A stretch of DNA of 64,000 nucleotides from an uncultured Enterobacteriaceae bacterium (GTDB taxonomy: Bacteria; Myxococcota_A; UBA796; GCA-2862545). The position numbers were made by a program, and so were the translations under genes. The notes below the pieces were generated by a model. It saw only the letters and a program-made list of their open reading frames with translations, made no database searches and was not told the DNA's origin. Shown one piece after another: positions 47,430 through 57,039 of the stretch. How positions within the stretch are numbered: position 1 is the stretch's first letter; each line of letters opens with the position of its first letter. The stretch lies in NCBI GenBank assembly GCA_964396405.1, contig CAYNFK010000006.1:7971-71970 (forward strand), read 5' to 3'.

Positions 47430-49499
47430 TCACCGGCTGAGGTCGGCCGCACGGGTGACCAGCTCCGCCAGCTCGGCCGTCTCCTTGCCGCCCTGCGCCG
47501 CGAGCGACGACGACCACGCGCGCAGGTCCTGCCAGGCGATGCGCTCGGCCAGCGGCCCACCCCGCAGCTTCTCGGTGAACGCCGCCACGGTGACGGCGAG
47601 CCGAATGCCGCGGGGCGCATTCGCCAAGGAAGGTGCCGGGTGAGACACCGACATCGGCCACGCGTGCTCGCTGGCGGGAGCGTCGGCGCCGGGTGCCTTC
47701 CACCGCAGGCGCACCGTGCCCAGGCTGGGCGCGCCGGGCCCCGTGAGCGACACCTCGTAGACGGCCGTCACGTGGTGGCCCAGGCCGATCTCCCCGGCGT
47801 CCACAGCGTCGTTGCGGAAGTCCCGGTCGGCGATGGCTCGGTTCTCGTAGCCGAGCAGCCGGTACCAGCTCACCGCCGACGGATCCCAGTCCACCTGGAT
47901 CTTCACGTCGCGGGCCAGCACCTCGGCCGTTGCCGCGAACCGCTCCACGAACACCCGCTGCGCCTCGTCCTGGCTGTCCAGGTAGACGTACTGGCCGTCC
48001 CCCTCGTCGGCGAGGCGCTCCATCATCGTGTCGCGGTAGTTGCCATCCCCTACGCCCACCGTGGTGAGGGCGATGCCCTGCTTCGCGTAGTAGCGAATGG
48101 ACTCCACCAGCGGGCCGTGGGTGGTCGCGCCCACGTTGGCGTCGCCATCGGACAGTAGGATGACGCGGTGCGTGCCCGACTGCCGCAGACGCGACTCGGC
48201 CAGCGTGTAGGCCGCCTGAATGCCCGCCCCCATGGCCGTGCTGCCGCCCGCACGCAGGTCTTCGATCGCGCGGAGGATCTGCGACCGACCCTCGATGCCG
48301 GTCGGCTGGAGCACGACGCCCGCGCTCCCCGCGTAGACCACGATCGCCACGGTGTCGCCATCGGAGAGCTGCTCCACCAGCATCCGGAGCCCCGCCTGCA
48401 CCATGTCGATCTTGTCGGCGGACTGCATCGAGCCCGAGGTGTCGACCAGGAACGTGAGATGAACGGGCGGGCGGGACCCGGAAGGTCGGCGCCCTTGCAC
48501 ACCCACCCGCACCAGTCGGGTGTTGGGGTCCCACGGCGTGACCACCGCCTCAGTGACCACCTCGAAGGGTCGCGAGGCCGGCGGCGACGGGTCGCTGTAG
48601 GTGAACCAGTTCAGCGCTTCCTCGGTGCGAACGGCGGCCGCGGGCGGGAGGTAGCCCTCGCGCAGCTTGCGCCGCACGATGGTCCAGGAGCCGGTGTCCA
48701 CATCCGCGGCAAAGGTCGACACGGGATCGTCGGCCGTGATCGTGCGGCCGTGAACGCCCGGATGGGTGTAGGTCTCCGTGTTGACCACGTTCGGACGCTC
48801 ACCCGCCGTGACCCTCGGCGACACACTCACCGCCTCCTGGTAGCTCCGGCCGCCGGGGATGCGACGGAGAAAGTCTGCCGTGAGCACCGTGCCCACGTCG
48901 TTCGCATGGTTCGCGTCCGACCCGCTGGCGACGCTTGGATCGGGGGTGGGATCCTCGACGTAGCCGAGCGACACGAGCTCGCGCATGACGTCCTTCTCTA
49001 CGGGGGCGTCCCCGTCGACGTCTGCGACGGACACGACGGCATCGGACTCCTCGGCGGGCGCGGGAGCCGCAGCCGCGCTCGCGCCGCGGATGATGATGAT
49101 GGTGCGGTCTGGGGCGGTCGACTCCAACTCCCGCGGGGGAACCGCGCTGGCGGACGGGGGGGTCTCCACCGGCCACCGCTCGCGCGCCGCCCGGTCCGGA
49201 GCCCTCTCGCCCTCGACCTCCGCCCGGAGCACTGAGTTTTCTTCCAACACCGCGTAGGTGGGCACTCCGACGGCCACCACCAAAGCGGCGGCCGCTACAA
49301 GGCCCCGACCCCAGGCCCGCCCGGTCGTGCGGGGCAGGCCGAGCGCACGCGGTGCCTCCACCGGCTCCAGCACGGCCGGCACGAAGCGGGCGTCGAAAGC
49401 GGCGCGGAGCTCGGGGTCCTGGTCGATGGCGGCGGCGAGCTCATCGGACAGGTCACCTTCCTCGGGGTTCCAGGCGCGGAGCTGTTCCAGGCGGGTCAT
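47430..49499 (-). CDS. anti-sigma factor fused to a periplasmic vWA (YfbK-like) domain
   Basis: ATGA-coupled to the ECF sigma gene and carries a single TM segment. vWA MIDAS motif HLTFLVDTSGSM and LLSDGDANVG. Confidence 0.85.
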   Translation of the reverse strand: MTRLEQLRAWNPEEGDLSDELAAAIDQDPELRAAFDARFVPAVLEPVEAPRALGLPRTTGRAWGRGLVAAAALVVAVGVPTYAVLEENSVLRAEVEGERAPDRAARERWPVETPPSASAVPPRELESTAPDRTIIIIRGASAAAAPAPAEESDAVVSVADVDGDAPVEKDVMRELVSLGYVEDPTPDPSVASGSDANHANDVGTVLTADFLRRIPGGRSYQEAVSVSPRVTAGERPNVVNTETYTHPGVHGRTITADDPVSTFAADVDTGSWTIVRRKLREGYLPPAAAVRTEEALNWFTYSDPSPPASRPFEVVTEAVVTPWDPNTRLVRVGVQGRRPSGSRPPVHLTFLVDTSGSMQSADKIDMVQAGLRMLVEQLSDGDTVAIVVYAGSAGVVLQPTGIEGRSQILRAIEDLRAGGSTAMGAGIQAAYTLAESRLRQSGTHRVILLSDGDANVGATTHGPLVESIRYYAKQGIALTTVGVGDGNYRDTMMERLADEGDGQYVYLDSQDEAQRVFVERFAATAEVLARDVKIQVDWDPSAVSWYRLLGYENRAIADRDFRNDAVDAGEIGLGHHVTAVYEVSLTGPGAPSLGTVRLRWKAPGADAPASEHAWPMSVSHPAPSLANAPRGIRLAVTVAAFTEKLRGGPLAERIAWQDLRAWSSSLAAQGGKETAELAELVTRAADLSR

Positions 49500-50041
49500 G
49501 CGAGCACCCCTTCTTCGGTAGCGAGGTCATGAAGCAGATCGCGAAGCGCGAGGCGACCGCGCGCGACACGGGACGCGACGGTGCCGATGGGTGCGTCGAG
49601 CACCGTCGCCGCCTCGGCAAAGGAGAGACCTTGGCCGTCCACCAGAAGGACGGCCTGACGCTGCGGCTCAGGGAGCGTGGCCAGCGCAGCGTCCAAGCCT
49701 TCGCGAAGTCGGCTTCGCTCCAGCGCCGCCGCCGGCCCGTCCCGAACGGCGCTGAACGCCAGCACCTTGCCGTCGTCGGACACCTCGTGGTGATGGTGGG
49801 CGCGCGCACGGTCGTTGAGGAAGGTGGTGTAGATGATGCGGTGCATCCAGCCCCGAAACGCCGACGGCTCGTCCAGCTGGTGGCGGCGCGCGAGCGCCTT
49901 CGACACGGCGCTCTGCACCAGGTCGTCCGCCGCCGCGGCGTCGCGTTCGAGGCGGAAGGCGTAGCGCCACAGGGAAGGCAGGGCGTCCTGGAGCTGCTGC
50001 TCCAAGTCCTGGCGTGGTCGTGTGAGAGGCCAGACTGCCAT
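49496..50041 (-). CDS. ECF-type RNA polymerase sigma factor
   Basis: Region 2 (DLVQSAVSKAL..FRGWMHRIIYTTFLN) and region 4 (LPEPQRQAVLLVDGQGLSFAEAATVLDAPIGTVASRVARGR). Confidence 0.9.
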   Translation of the reverse strand: MAVWPLTRPRQDLEQQLQDALPSLWRYAFRLERDAAAADDLVQSAVSKALARRHQLDEPSAFRGWMHRIIYTTFLNDRARAHHHHEVSDDGKVLAFSAVRDGPAAALERSRLREGLDAALATLPEPQRQAVLLVDGQGLSFAEAATVLDAPIGTVASRVARGRLALRDLLHDLATEEGVLA

Positions 50042-50123
50042 GCCAACTCCGCGCGTTCCACCCCAAGACCGGTTGCGGACTCCGGCTTATCCATCGATGT
50101 CCGAGATGCTCACGGAAGGCGCC

Positions 50124-51485
50124 TCACCGCCGCCCGGCACGCCTCGGCTCGAACGCCACGTCCACCACCGCGCGCTGCTTCGGAAGCGCGCCGTCCAGCA
50201 CCAACACGGACCCACTGGCCGTCAGGCTGAACGCTGCTGCCCGTTGATCCACCCGCACCTCGACCGGCCCCGTGGCCTCTGCGCCGAGCGAGATCACGGG
50301 CCGACCCACCTGCCCGCCCTTGGCCGCCAGCGCGCGCACGAACGGGACGTAGGAGGTGGCCGTGCACACGTCGAGCAGCTCACCGCCCGTGAGCTTGACC
50401 GGCCGCACATAGGACCGGTCCGAACGCCCGAGCCGCTCCCCACACGAAGACAGCGGGACGATGCCGTGCAGGCGCACCTCGGCCACCACCTGGTCCTGCT
50501 CCACGGCCGCCAGCACCTGATCCACCGACGGGCGGAGGGCGACGAGCGCGGCGTAGTCGGGGTGGACGGGTGCGACGCCGGGATCGTGCGTGTCGGACAC
50601 GAAGATCACGTGCACCGTGGCCCCCTCGCGAAAGCGCGGCTCGGGCCCGGAGGCCTCGATCCACTGCACCAGCGCGGTGAGGCCCGCCTCCACGCCCACC
50701 GGCGCCAGCGGGGTCTGCGTGGCCCCCACGAGGCAGGGCACGTTGTGCACATCGGTGGCGCCGGGCTCGAACCAGTCCTCACAGCCACGCTGGTTGTAGA
50801 AGACCTTCTCCTCCAGGGGCAGCGCTGCACGAAAGCGCTCGATGCTGCGTGCGCTCACGAGCCGCTGGAAGCCGGGCTCGATGTCCATCGGGAGATCGCC
50901 GTAGCGCACCGCCGGGTGTGGCATCCAGGGCGCTTGGGGGTCGGCGGGCGTGGTGGAGATCACGCCCACCCGTGCACCGAGCGGGAACGCCTCCGAGCGG
51001 GCCAGCTCCGAGAACGCGGCGTTGACCTGTGCCATGACCGGCACCATCGACACCGAGGGGTCCAGCACGAACAAGAAGTCCGCGATCGGCGTGGTCGCAC
51101 CCGGCCCCACCTCGTGCCGCTCACGGCGCACCCGGCCGTCCGGCGTCGCCCAAGCCCCTCGCGCGCTGGACGAGCGTGGATCGAGCGCCGCGGGCCGCAG
51201 GGCATCGGGGGCCCCGCTCGGCGACGGTGCGCCCGAGGCTGTGGACGTCGGCTGTGCGACGGGCAGCTCCACGTCGAGCACCCGACGCAGGCGCCTCACC
51301 TCGGGCGACAGCTCGCGCACGGGATCCGATGACGCATCGGACGTGGGGTGCAGCGCCTCGAGGTCTTCGGTGACCACGGCGGGCGGGTCGGCCACGGCAG
51401 GCGCACGCCCGGCAATCCCGAAGTCCTGGCTGCAGGCCCAGAGCATCAGCACCATCATGCCGCACCTCGCTGGTTCGGGTTTCAT
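50124..51485 (-). CDS. lipoprotein with a vWA-like domain
   Basis: Start at Met128 of ORF 50124..51866 (MKPEPARCGMMVLMLWAC). FLFVLDPSVSM is MIDAS-like. Confidence 0.65.
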   Translation of the reverse strand: MKPEPARCGMMVLMLWACSQDFGIAGRAPAVADPPAVVTEDLEALHPTSDASSDPVRELSPEVRRLRRVLDVELPVAQPTSTASGAPSPSGAPDALRPAALDPRSSSARGAWATPDGRVRRERHEVGPGATTPIADFLFVLDPSVSMVPVMAQVNAAFSELARSEAFPLGARVGVISTTPADPQAPWMPHPAVRYGDLPMDIEPGFQRLVSARSIERFRAALPLEEKVFYNQRGCEDWFEPGATDVHNVPCLVGATQTPLAPVGVEAGLTALVQWIEASGPEPRFREGATVHVIFVSDTHDPGVAPVHPDYAALVALRPSVDQVLAAVEQDQVVAEVRLHGIVPLSSCGERLGRSDRSYVRPVKLTGGELLDVCTATSYVPFVRALAAKGGQVGRPVISLGAEATGPVEVRVDQRAAAFSLTASGSVLVLDGALPKQRAVVDVAFEPRRAGRR

Positions 51486-51596
51486 AGCCCGCAACCCGGC
51501 GGTGGCTACCGTCCGACACCCTCCCGCTCGGGCCCAGCACCCGAGCCGACCGCCGCCGCACGACGCTCGGCCCACCCTTGGCGTGCGTTTCGTACC

Positions 51597-51749
51597 GCGG
51601 AGCGCTGCGAAGCCGGTGCGGAAGACTGCGAAGTCGGTGCGGAAGACTGCGAAGGCACCGCGGAAGACTGCGAAGCCGGTGCGGAGAGCTGCGAGGGCAC
51701 CGCGGAGAACTGCGAAGGCGGTGCGGAAGACTGCGGAGTCGGTGCGGCG
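51597..51749. repeat. seven tandem 21-bp units (consensus GCGGAAGACTGCGAAGNCGGT) plus a partial eighth
   Basis: Read directly from the sequence. It lies in the divergent intergenic region between starts 51485 (-) and 52044 (+). Confidence 0.85.
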
Positions 51750-52043
51750 GCCCATTCCATGGGGGTGTCCGACGTCCCCCAGAACGGGGAACACGCGCCA
51801 CCGCCTCCCTGCGGCGAGGCCGCGACCTGCTGCGACGGACGCCCCGGTCTGGACGCGTCCCGCCACGAACGCGACATCGCGACCGGTTCGCGTAATCCAG
51901 CCTCACTCCAACTGTATCGAGGTACCCGACTCTGGCCCCTCAATCCCTGGACCTAATGTCCAAGCGTGGTGCTGCGGTTTTTCCGATTGTATTTTCGTCG
52001 CGTGTCCTGTGGAATACCCGCAGCCTGTTGCGGAGAACCACCG

Positions 52044-53009
52044 ATGCTGTCCACCTGGGTGATGCTCACGTTGTTCGGTTGCCAGGAGTACGGGCTGGGC
52101 GCCTCGCTGGACGACGCCCCGGAGGTCGCCGACACCGAAGGCCTGGGGGACCCGACGTCGCCCCCGGCCACCTCGGACGACACCGATCCCGCTGCGCCCG
52201 CACCGGACGCGCTCCCCGATCCCGGGGGGACCGACACGCCCGCCGACACCGATCCGGCCGACCTCCCGCCGACCCCGGACGAAGCCGACACGTCCGCGGA
52301 GCCTGCAGAGTCCGACGTTCCCCTCGACACCGACGTCCCGCCCGACACCGAGGTCCCCATTGACCCCGGCGAAGACACCGACGTCCCGGGCACCTCCGAC
52401 GACACCGACCCTCCCGCCCCTCCACCCGACTGCGACCTCGACCCCCACCAGATCCTTCAGGCCACGGTCACCTTTCCCGCACGCCGCGACTGTGCGTGGA
52501 GCCAGGGAACCAACCTGGGTCGAAAGAACGAGCACAACCAGGCGATCGCCACCGACGAGGAGGTCGTGCAACTGCCGCCCGGCGCGACCCTGTGCACGCT
52601 CGCCCTCCGCTCCACCACCGACGACCTGGAGTTCGACGACCACATGACCTTGGCCCTCGACGACATCGTGCTCGTCGGCGGCGGCTCCGGCTACGCCAAG
52701 TCCCAGCTCCCCGTGGTGGGCGGGCTCTCGCGCTTCGACTGGTCCCTGCTGCGCGGTCAGCCCTTCGTGGGCCGCTACGACCCCTACTTCTGCCTTGGCG
52801 GGAGCGTCTCGCCCTGCGAGGTCCCGCCCACCGAGCAGCACGGTGCGCTGGCGATGGAGCCGCTGGGGCCGGACCTGGACCTGTTGGTGGACGCGGTGCG
52901 TGATCGCCAGGATCTGCCGTTTCGTCTGCATGTTCTCGGGGACGACAACGACGGGGACTGTCGGCACACGGACACGGTGTTGGAGGTGACGGTCGGGTAT
53001 GTGGAGTAG
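52044..53009 (+). CDS. lipoprotein with an acidic Pro/Asp/Thr linker and a C-terminal domain of unknown function
   Basis: Start at MLSTWVMLTLFGC within ORF 51966..53009. Confidence 0.65.
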   Translation: MLSTWVMLTLFGCQEYGLGASLDDAPEVADTEGLGDPTSPPATSDDTDPAAPAPDALPDPGGTDTPADTDPADLPPTPDEADTSAEPAESDVPLDTDVPPDTEVPIDPGEDTDVPGTSDDTDPPAPPPDCDLDPHQILQATVTFPARRDCAWSQGTNLGRKNEHNQAIATDEEVVQLPPGATLCTLALRSTTDDLEFDDHMTLALDDIVLVGGGSGYAKSQLPVVGGLSRFDWSLLRGQPFVGRYDPYFCLGGSVSPCEVPPTEQHGALAMEPLGPDLDLLVDAVRDRQDLPFRLHVLGDDNDGDCRHTDTVLEVTVGYVE

Positions 53010-53065
53010 CCCTGCCTCCGCGGACGACATCGGTGGTAGCGGCATTGTCGTGGGGGTCGGAGGGG

Positions 53066-53111
53066 CTGTTCCCGGCCCGAGGGGGCCGGATCCGGCCCGG
53101 AGCGGGAACAG
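53066..53111. terminator. nested GC-rich hairpin between convergent genes (candidate bidirectional terminator and left edge of the accessory region)
   Basis: CTGTTCCCG...CGGGAACAG forms a stem that encloses the perfect palindrome GGCCGGATCCGGCC. Confidence 0.35.
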
Positions 53112-53118
53112 TTCCCGG

Positions 53119-56100
53119 TCACCTGGGCACGCATTGGACGGCCACGCGATCGATGTCGTCCAGCCGGCCTGGGGTCGTCCTCCTCATCACCTGCAGCAGT
53201 GGCTCGACCTGGCGCTCACGGACGACGAGCGAGACGAGGTGGGACGCCACCGCCGCTGGCGTGGCGATCCCACCAGGGAGTTGGTCGTCTAGACGCGGGC
53301 CCGGCAGGTCCCTCACGAGCCGACGCATCTGTGCGTCGCTGTAGAGGTCGAGGAGCAGCCGTTCGAGTTCTTTAACCCCGCCTTCGGGGACGGTCCGGAC
53401 GCCCTCCCGGATGACCTTCAGAACCTCCGACGGTCCCGGTGGACGCCACGTCCCATGGCTGGCCCTCTCCGTGCCCACCATGCGCTTCCAGGGGACAGCG
53501 TGCCAGTCGGGGAACATGCGCTCCAACCTTGCAAGCTCGTCGACCGCGCGCCACCCGAGCGTACGCGCGAGCTCCACGAGCGTGTCGAGGCACCGATCAC
53601 GCTCGTTGCGCAGCGCGTCTTCGGGACCGAACCAATGCGACCCGTCACGGCGAGGATCCTCGCGCGGCGGGTAGTGTCGCGCGAGGAGCTCCGCGAATCG
53701 GCCGACCACCACGGCATCCGACCACGACGCCGACAAGTTCGGCTCGTACACGTGCGTATGGGCCCCCAATCGTTCGAGGACGGCGCCGGCCGCCCCGGGG
53801 TGCTCGTCGACGAACTCGAGCACGCGGGCTGCGTCCTCGGCGCTGCCCCGCAGCAGGGCGAATGCGGAGACGACCGCCATCTGGAAGTCTGGACTGTCGG
53901 GCTGGCCGGCCAGCGGAGGCAACCGTGCCTGGGCCCACGCTCGCGCGGTCGCGACGCCGCGGCCGAGCAATCCCGGCAAGAGGATCTCCGCCTGCTTCGG
54001 ATCGGATGTCTCCACCAGAGCCTCCGTCAAGACGCGCTCGACGGCGGGCCCCCAGCGGCGCTCGAAGGCGACCAGCGGAAGGTGACCCGACTCGCCGCGC
54101 AGCATCGCGACCCAGGTCCGGGCGACGGCTTCGGGAACCCGGTCCACGAGGAACTCCAGCAGCTCACTGTGTTCCTTGTGCTCGCGGAACATACTGCCGT
54201 GATCGACCACGGCCGGTGCCCAGGTCGCGAGCTTGTCGTCGTGGAGTTCGCCGAGTTTCCCGCTGCTCCAAAGCAGGCGCATCGCCCCCAAGCCCATGAA
54301 CGCGTGCGCCACCTCGCGGTGGTTCTGCCTGCCCAGCCATGCCTCGGTGCGTGGGGTGTCGCGGAGCAAGAATGACCGTGCCGCGTCCACGACCCGGCTC
54401 TGCTCGTCGCCGTCGAGGGTTCCCCAGCCGAAGGACTTGTCCGGGGAGACGTGCCAGTCGACGTCCCAGCCGCGGTCCGGGGGCGCCCTGTGGAGATGGT
54501 GCAGCAACGACCACCACTTGTCGGATTCGCCGTCGTGAGCGGCCGCCAGCGCGCTTCGAAGCCGGACCGCAAGCGGCGGATCGAGCTTCGGTGGCTCGCG
54601 CTCCGGTTGCGCCCACCGCGTGGCAAGCTCGGCGTCGCGACGCGCGATCTCCGCGACGATCTGGTCTGGCGACTCCCCCAGCTTACCGAGCTCGACCCCA
54701 ACCTCTCGAAGCTCCGGGTGCTTCGCTGCTCCATGCAGCAGTCGCTCCACGGACGCTGCGTCACCTCGCGGACTCCACCTGATGAGGGCGTCTGCCAGCC
54801 ACGTGCGCTCGCGCGGATCGGTCGCCGTGTCGAGGAGCGTCCACGCGGGGTCGACCAGCTCGGCAGCGACTACGCCGAGGCGCTCGGGCACTCGGTAGGC
54901 GAGCGTGCTCGGGCCGCCCTCCGGGCCCGCCATGGCGAACAGCGCTCGAACGAAGGCGGGAGTCCGAGCACGCAGACGGAGCTCATCGACGAGCTCGGCC
55001 GACGGAGAGAACGACACGTAACTGTCGAGGTGCGCGCGAAGGATCTCCTTCAGGATCGCAGGCTGGTCGAGCAGCCCGAGTGCTCGTGCCCGCTCGGCGA
55101 GCGCCTCCAGCACCTGAGATGCCATCGGAAAGCGGTCGACTCCGCCGGAGCCGAGCCGCGACTTGCCCGCAGCCCAGCGCAGAGCACGCGGAAGAATCCC
55201 GGGCTCGATCGCCCTGGCCATCTCGAACAGGAAGCCCTGATACGCTCCGAAGTGCATGCGATGATGCGGCGAGCGGAGGTGCTCGAACAGCGCCTCGGAC
55301 GACAGGTGATCCGGCCAAAGCACCCGCAGTGCAAGCCCGAGCAGGTTGTCGTCCGGGTCGAGGTTGCGACCGAAAGCGAGAACGTCCTTGCAGAGCGCAA
55401 CGACTTCGCGGGTGCCGTCATCGTTGAGGAGGTCGTCGTCGACCATCTCTCGCAGGGCGCGTAGCGCATGGACGGCCGCCATGCGGTTCGCATCTGCCGA
55501 CCAGGGCTCTCGGACGATGGGAGCCAAGGCGGAGACACACTCGACGGCGCCCGTCGCGCCTGCGAGTCGGGCCGCCGACCGGACCGCTACGGGGCGGTGG
55601 GCTGTCGGATCGAGCCACCGGATGATCTGGCGGCCGATGCCGCGATGCACGAGGTTACCCAGCCGATCGTCGAGTTCGAGGAGGTCATCCGCGAACTCTC
55701 CACGCTCGAGGCCGCAGAGCCACGCTTCGACGAGGCGTTCCCGATCCTGATCTGAGCGAGACCCGGGATCGGCGTCGATGAGCGCGCGCGGGTCCTTGCT
55801 GGCCAGCCAGGACCAGGCATCCGGGTACAGGTCCGCGATCCACCCGACCGTGCCGCGAAGCGTGGCCACGGTTCGCCTCTCGGGATCGTGCGGGTGGACG
55901 AGCAGGGCATCCAGCGTCGCCGTGTCGGGCCGGTAGGTCGCCAGATGTCGCGCGGCGAGGAACTCCTCGTAGGCCCTGCTCGACCAGACGACGACATCTC
56001 CGAAAGGCGTGAAAGGTCCCACCGCGACCGTCTCGCGAAGGGCAGCGAGCGTGGCCTGCACCCGAGAGGGTCCCTCCTCGGAACCCTCCCACGGACCGAC

Positions 56101-57039
56101 GAGGTCTTCGAGCCGAGTCGTGATGTCCTCGGGAGCCTCCACGCTTCCGGACGCGACGAATGGGCGCCGTGAGAAGGTGGTCGCAGCGGCGATCCGACCG
56201 GCGAGCGCCATCCGCTGATGCTCGGTCAACGTACGCTTGTCGCGAGCGTCCTCGCCGTGCCCGCGGAACACGGCCACGAGGTGGTGCTCGAACAGAGACG
56301 CCCGGGAGGTCGGCAGCGCGCCGAATCCCTTCTCGACGTCGAGAAGCATGCGCAGGGTCAGCGGACGGGAGGCCAGCGGCTCGGCACGGTGGCGATCTAC
56401 CCAATCGAGGAGCGCGCCGGCATCCCACGACCTTTCGGCAGCGGCAAGTGCCACGTCCTCGCGCTCCAGCGGCAGCAGCGACAGCACGGTCGCTCCTCCG
56501 TCTCCGGCGATGCCGGAGAGCACGCGGGAGAGCCCGCTCGTCCAGGCGTGCGCCCGACCAGCCGTGCGGATCCGGAGTCTCGCGAGATGGTCTTGCGAGG
56601 ATTCCACGAACGCCTGGATCTCCGCGGCGAGCCGGCGGAGCTCGCCCGGGAACTCATCGAGGCCGTCGAGGAACAACTCCAGGACTCCGCTCGCAGAGCG
56701 CCACTGTTCGACGTCGGGGTGCGCGAACCACCGCGCCGCGAGTCCTGAGGGGGACTGAAGTGCGAGGTTGATCCGGCAGGTCGAGGCTCCCGCAGCTTCG
56801 CGGCTATCGGCCCAGGTCGCCAGAGCACGGCTCTTCCCGATCCCGGCCTCGCCGAGCAACACCACCACACGGGCGTCGTGCCAGTGGTCGAGGGTCCTTG
56901 CGGTCGCGGGACGTCGCTCTCCACGGCGCGAACTGTCGAGATCGCCGGCCGCGATCGGCGGCAGGAAGCCAGCCACGGGCACGAACGTGCCGACCGGCGC
57001 AGCGTGTCGGGGGCGGGGGAGGTGGAGTTCGGCCATCAC
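53119..57039 (-). CDS. NACHT-type STAND NTPase with a long helical/HEAT-like repeat region and a C-terminal effector-associated (EAD1-like) domain
   Basis: Walker A VVLLGEAGIGKSRAL and Walker B LELFLDGLDEF. About 1000 aa of helical sequence follows. The last ~90 aa align with the N-terminus of the 58662..59417 protein. Confidence 0.85.
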   Translation of the reverse strand: MMAELHLPRPRHAAPVGTFVPVAGFLPPIAAGDLDSSRRGERRPATARTLDHWHDARVVVLLGEAGIGKSRALATWADSREAAGASTCRINLALQSPSGLAARWFAHPDVEQWRSASGVLELFLDGLDEFPGELRRLAAEIQAFVESSQDHLARLRIRTAGRAHAWTSGLSRVLSGIAGDGGATVLSLLPLEREDVALAAAERSWDAGALLDWVDRHRAEPLASRPLTLRMLLDVEKGFGALPTSRASLFEHHLVAVFRGHGEDARDKRTLTEHQRMALAGRIAAATTFSRRPFVASGSVEAPEDITTRLEDLVGPWEGSEEGPSRVQATLAALRETVAVGPFTPFGDVVVWSSRAYEEFLAARHLATYRPDTATLDALLVHPHDPERRTVATLRGTVGWIADLYPDAWSWLASKDPRALIDADPGSRSDQDRERLVEAWLCGLERGEFADDLLELDDRLGNLVHRGIGRQIIRWLDPTAHRPVAVRSAARLAGATGAVECVSALAPIVREPWSADANRMAAVHALRALREMVDDDLLNDDGTREVVALCKDVLAFGRNLDPDDNLLGLALRVLWPDHLSSEALFEHLRSPHHRMHFGAYQGFLFEMARAIEPGILPRALRWAAGKSRLGSGGVDRFPMASQVLEALAERARALGLLDQPAILKEILRAHLDSYVSFSPSAELVDELRLRARTPAFVRALFAMAGPEGGPSTLAYRVPERLGVVAAELVDPAWTLLDTATDPRERTWLADALIRWSPRGDAASVERLLHGAAKHPELREVGVELGKLGESPDQIVAEIARRDAELATRWAQPEREPPKLDPPLAVRLRSALAAAHDGESDKWWSLLHHLHRAPPDRGWDVDWHVSPDKSFGWGTLDGDEQSRVVDAARSFLLRDTPRTEAWLGRQNHREVAHAFMGLGAMRLLWSSGKLGELHDDKLATWAPAVVDHGSMFREHKEHSELLEFLVDRVPEAVARTWVAMLRGESGHLPLVAFERRWGPAVERVLTEALVETSDPKQAEILLPGLLGRGVATARAWAQARLPPLAGQPDSPDFQMAVVSAFALLRGSAEDAARVLEFVDEHPGAAGAVLERLGAHTHVYEPNLSASWSDAVVVGRFAELLARHYPPREDPRRDGSHWFGPEDALRNERDRCLDTLVELARTLGWRAVDELARLERMFPDWHAVPWKRMVGTERASHGTWRPPGPSEVLKVIREGVRTVPEGGVKELERLLLDLYSDAQMRRLVRDLPGPRLDDQLPGGIATPAAVASHLVSLVVRERQVEPLLQVMRRTTPGRLDDIDRVAVQCVPR

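Noticed and set aside
51348-51956. A plus-strand ORF reading the 21-bp array as an (AEDCExG)n peptide, and the minus-strand extension reading it as (FAVFRTG)n.
   Set aside because: The plus frame has no start codon near the array, and its 5' part overlaps the real minus-strand gene. Codon third positions (GAA, GGT) are atypical for this genome. The minus-strand gene has a convincing lipoprotein start downstream at 51485. It is retained only as a caveat.
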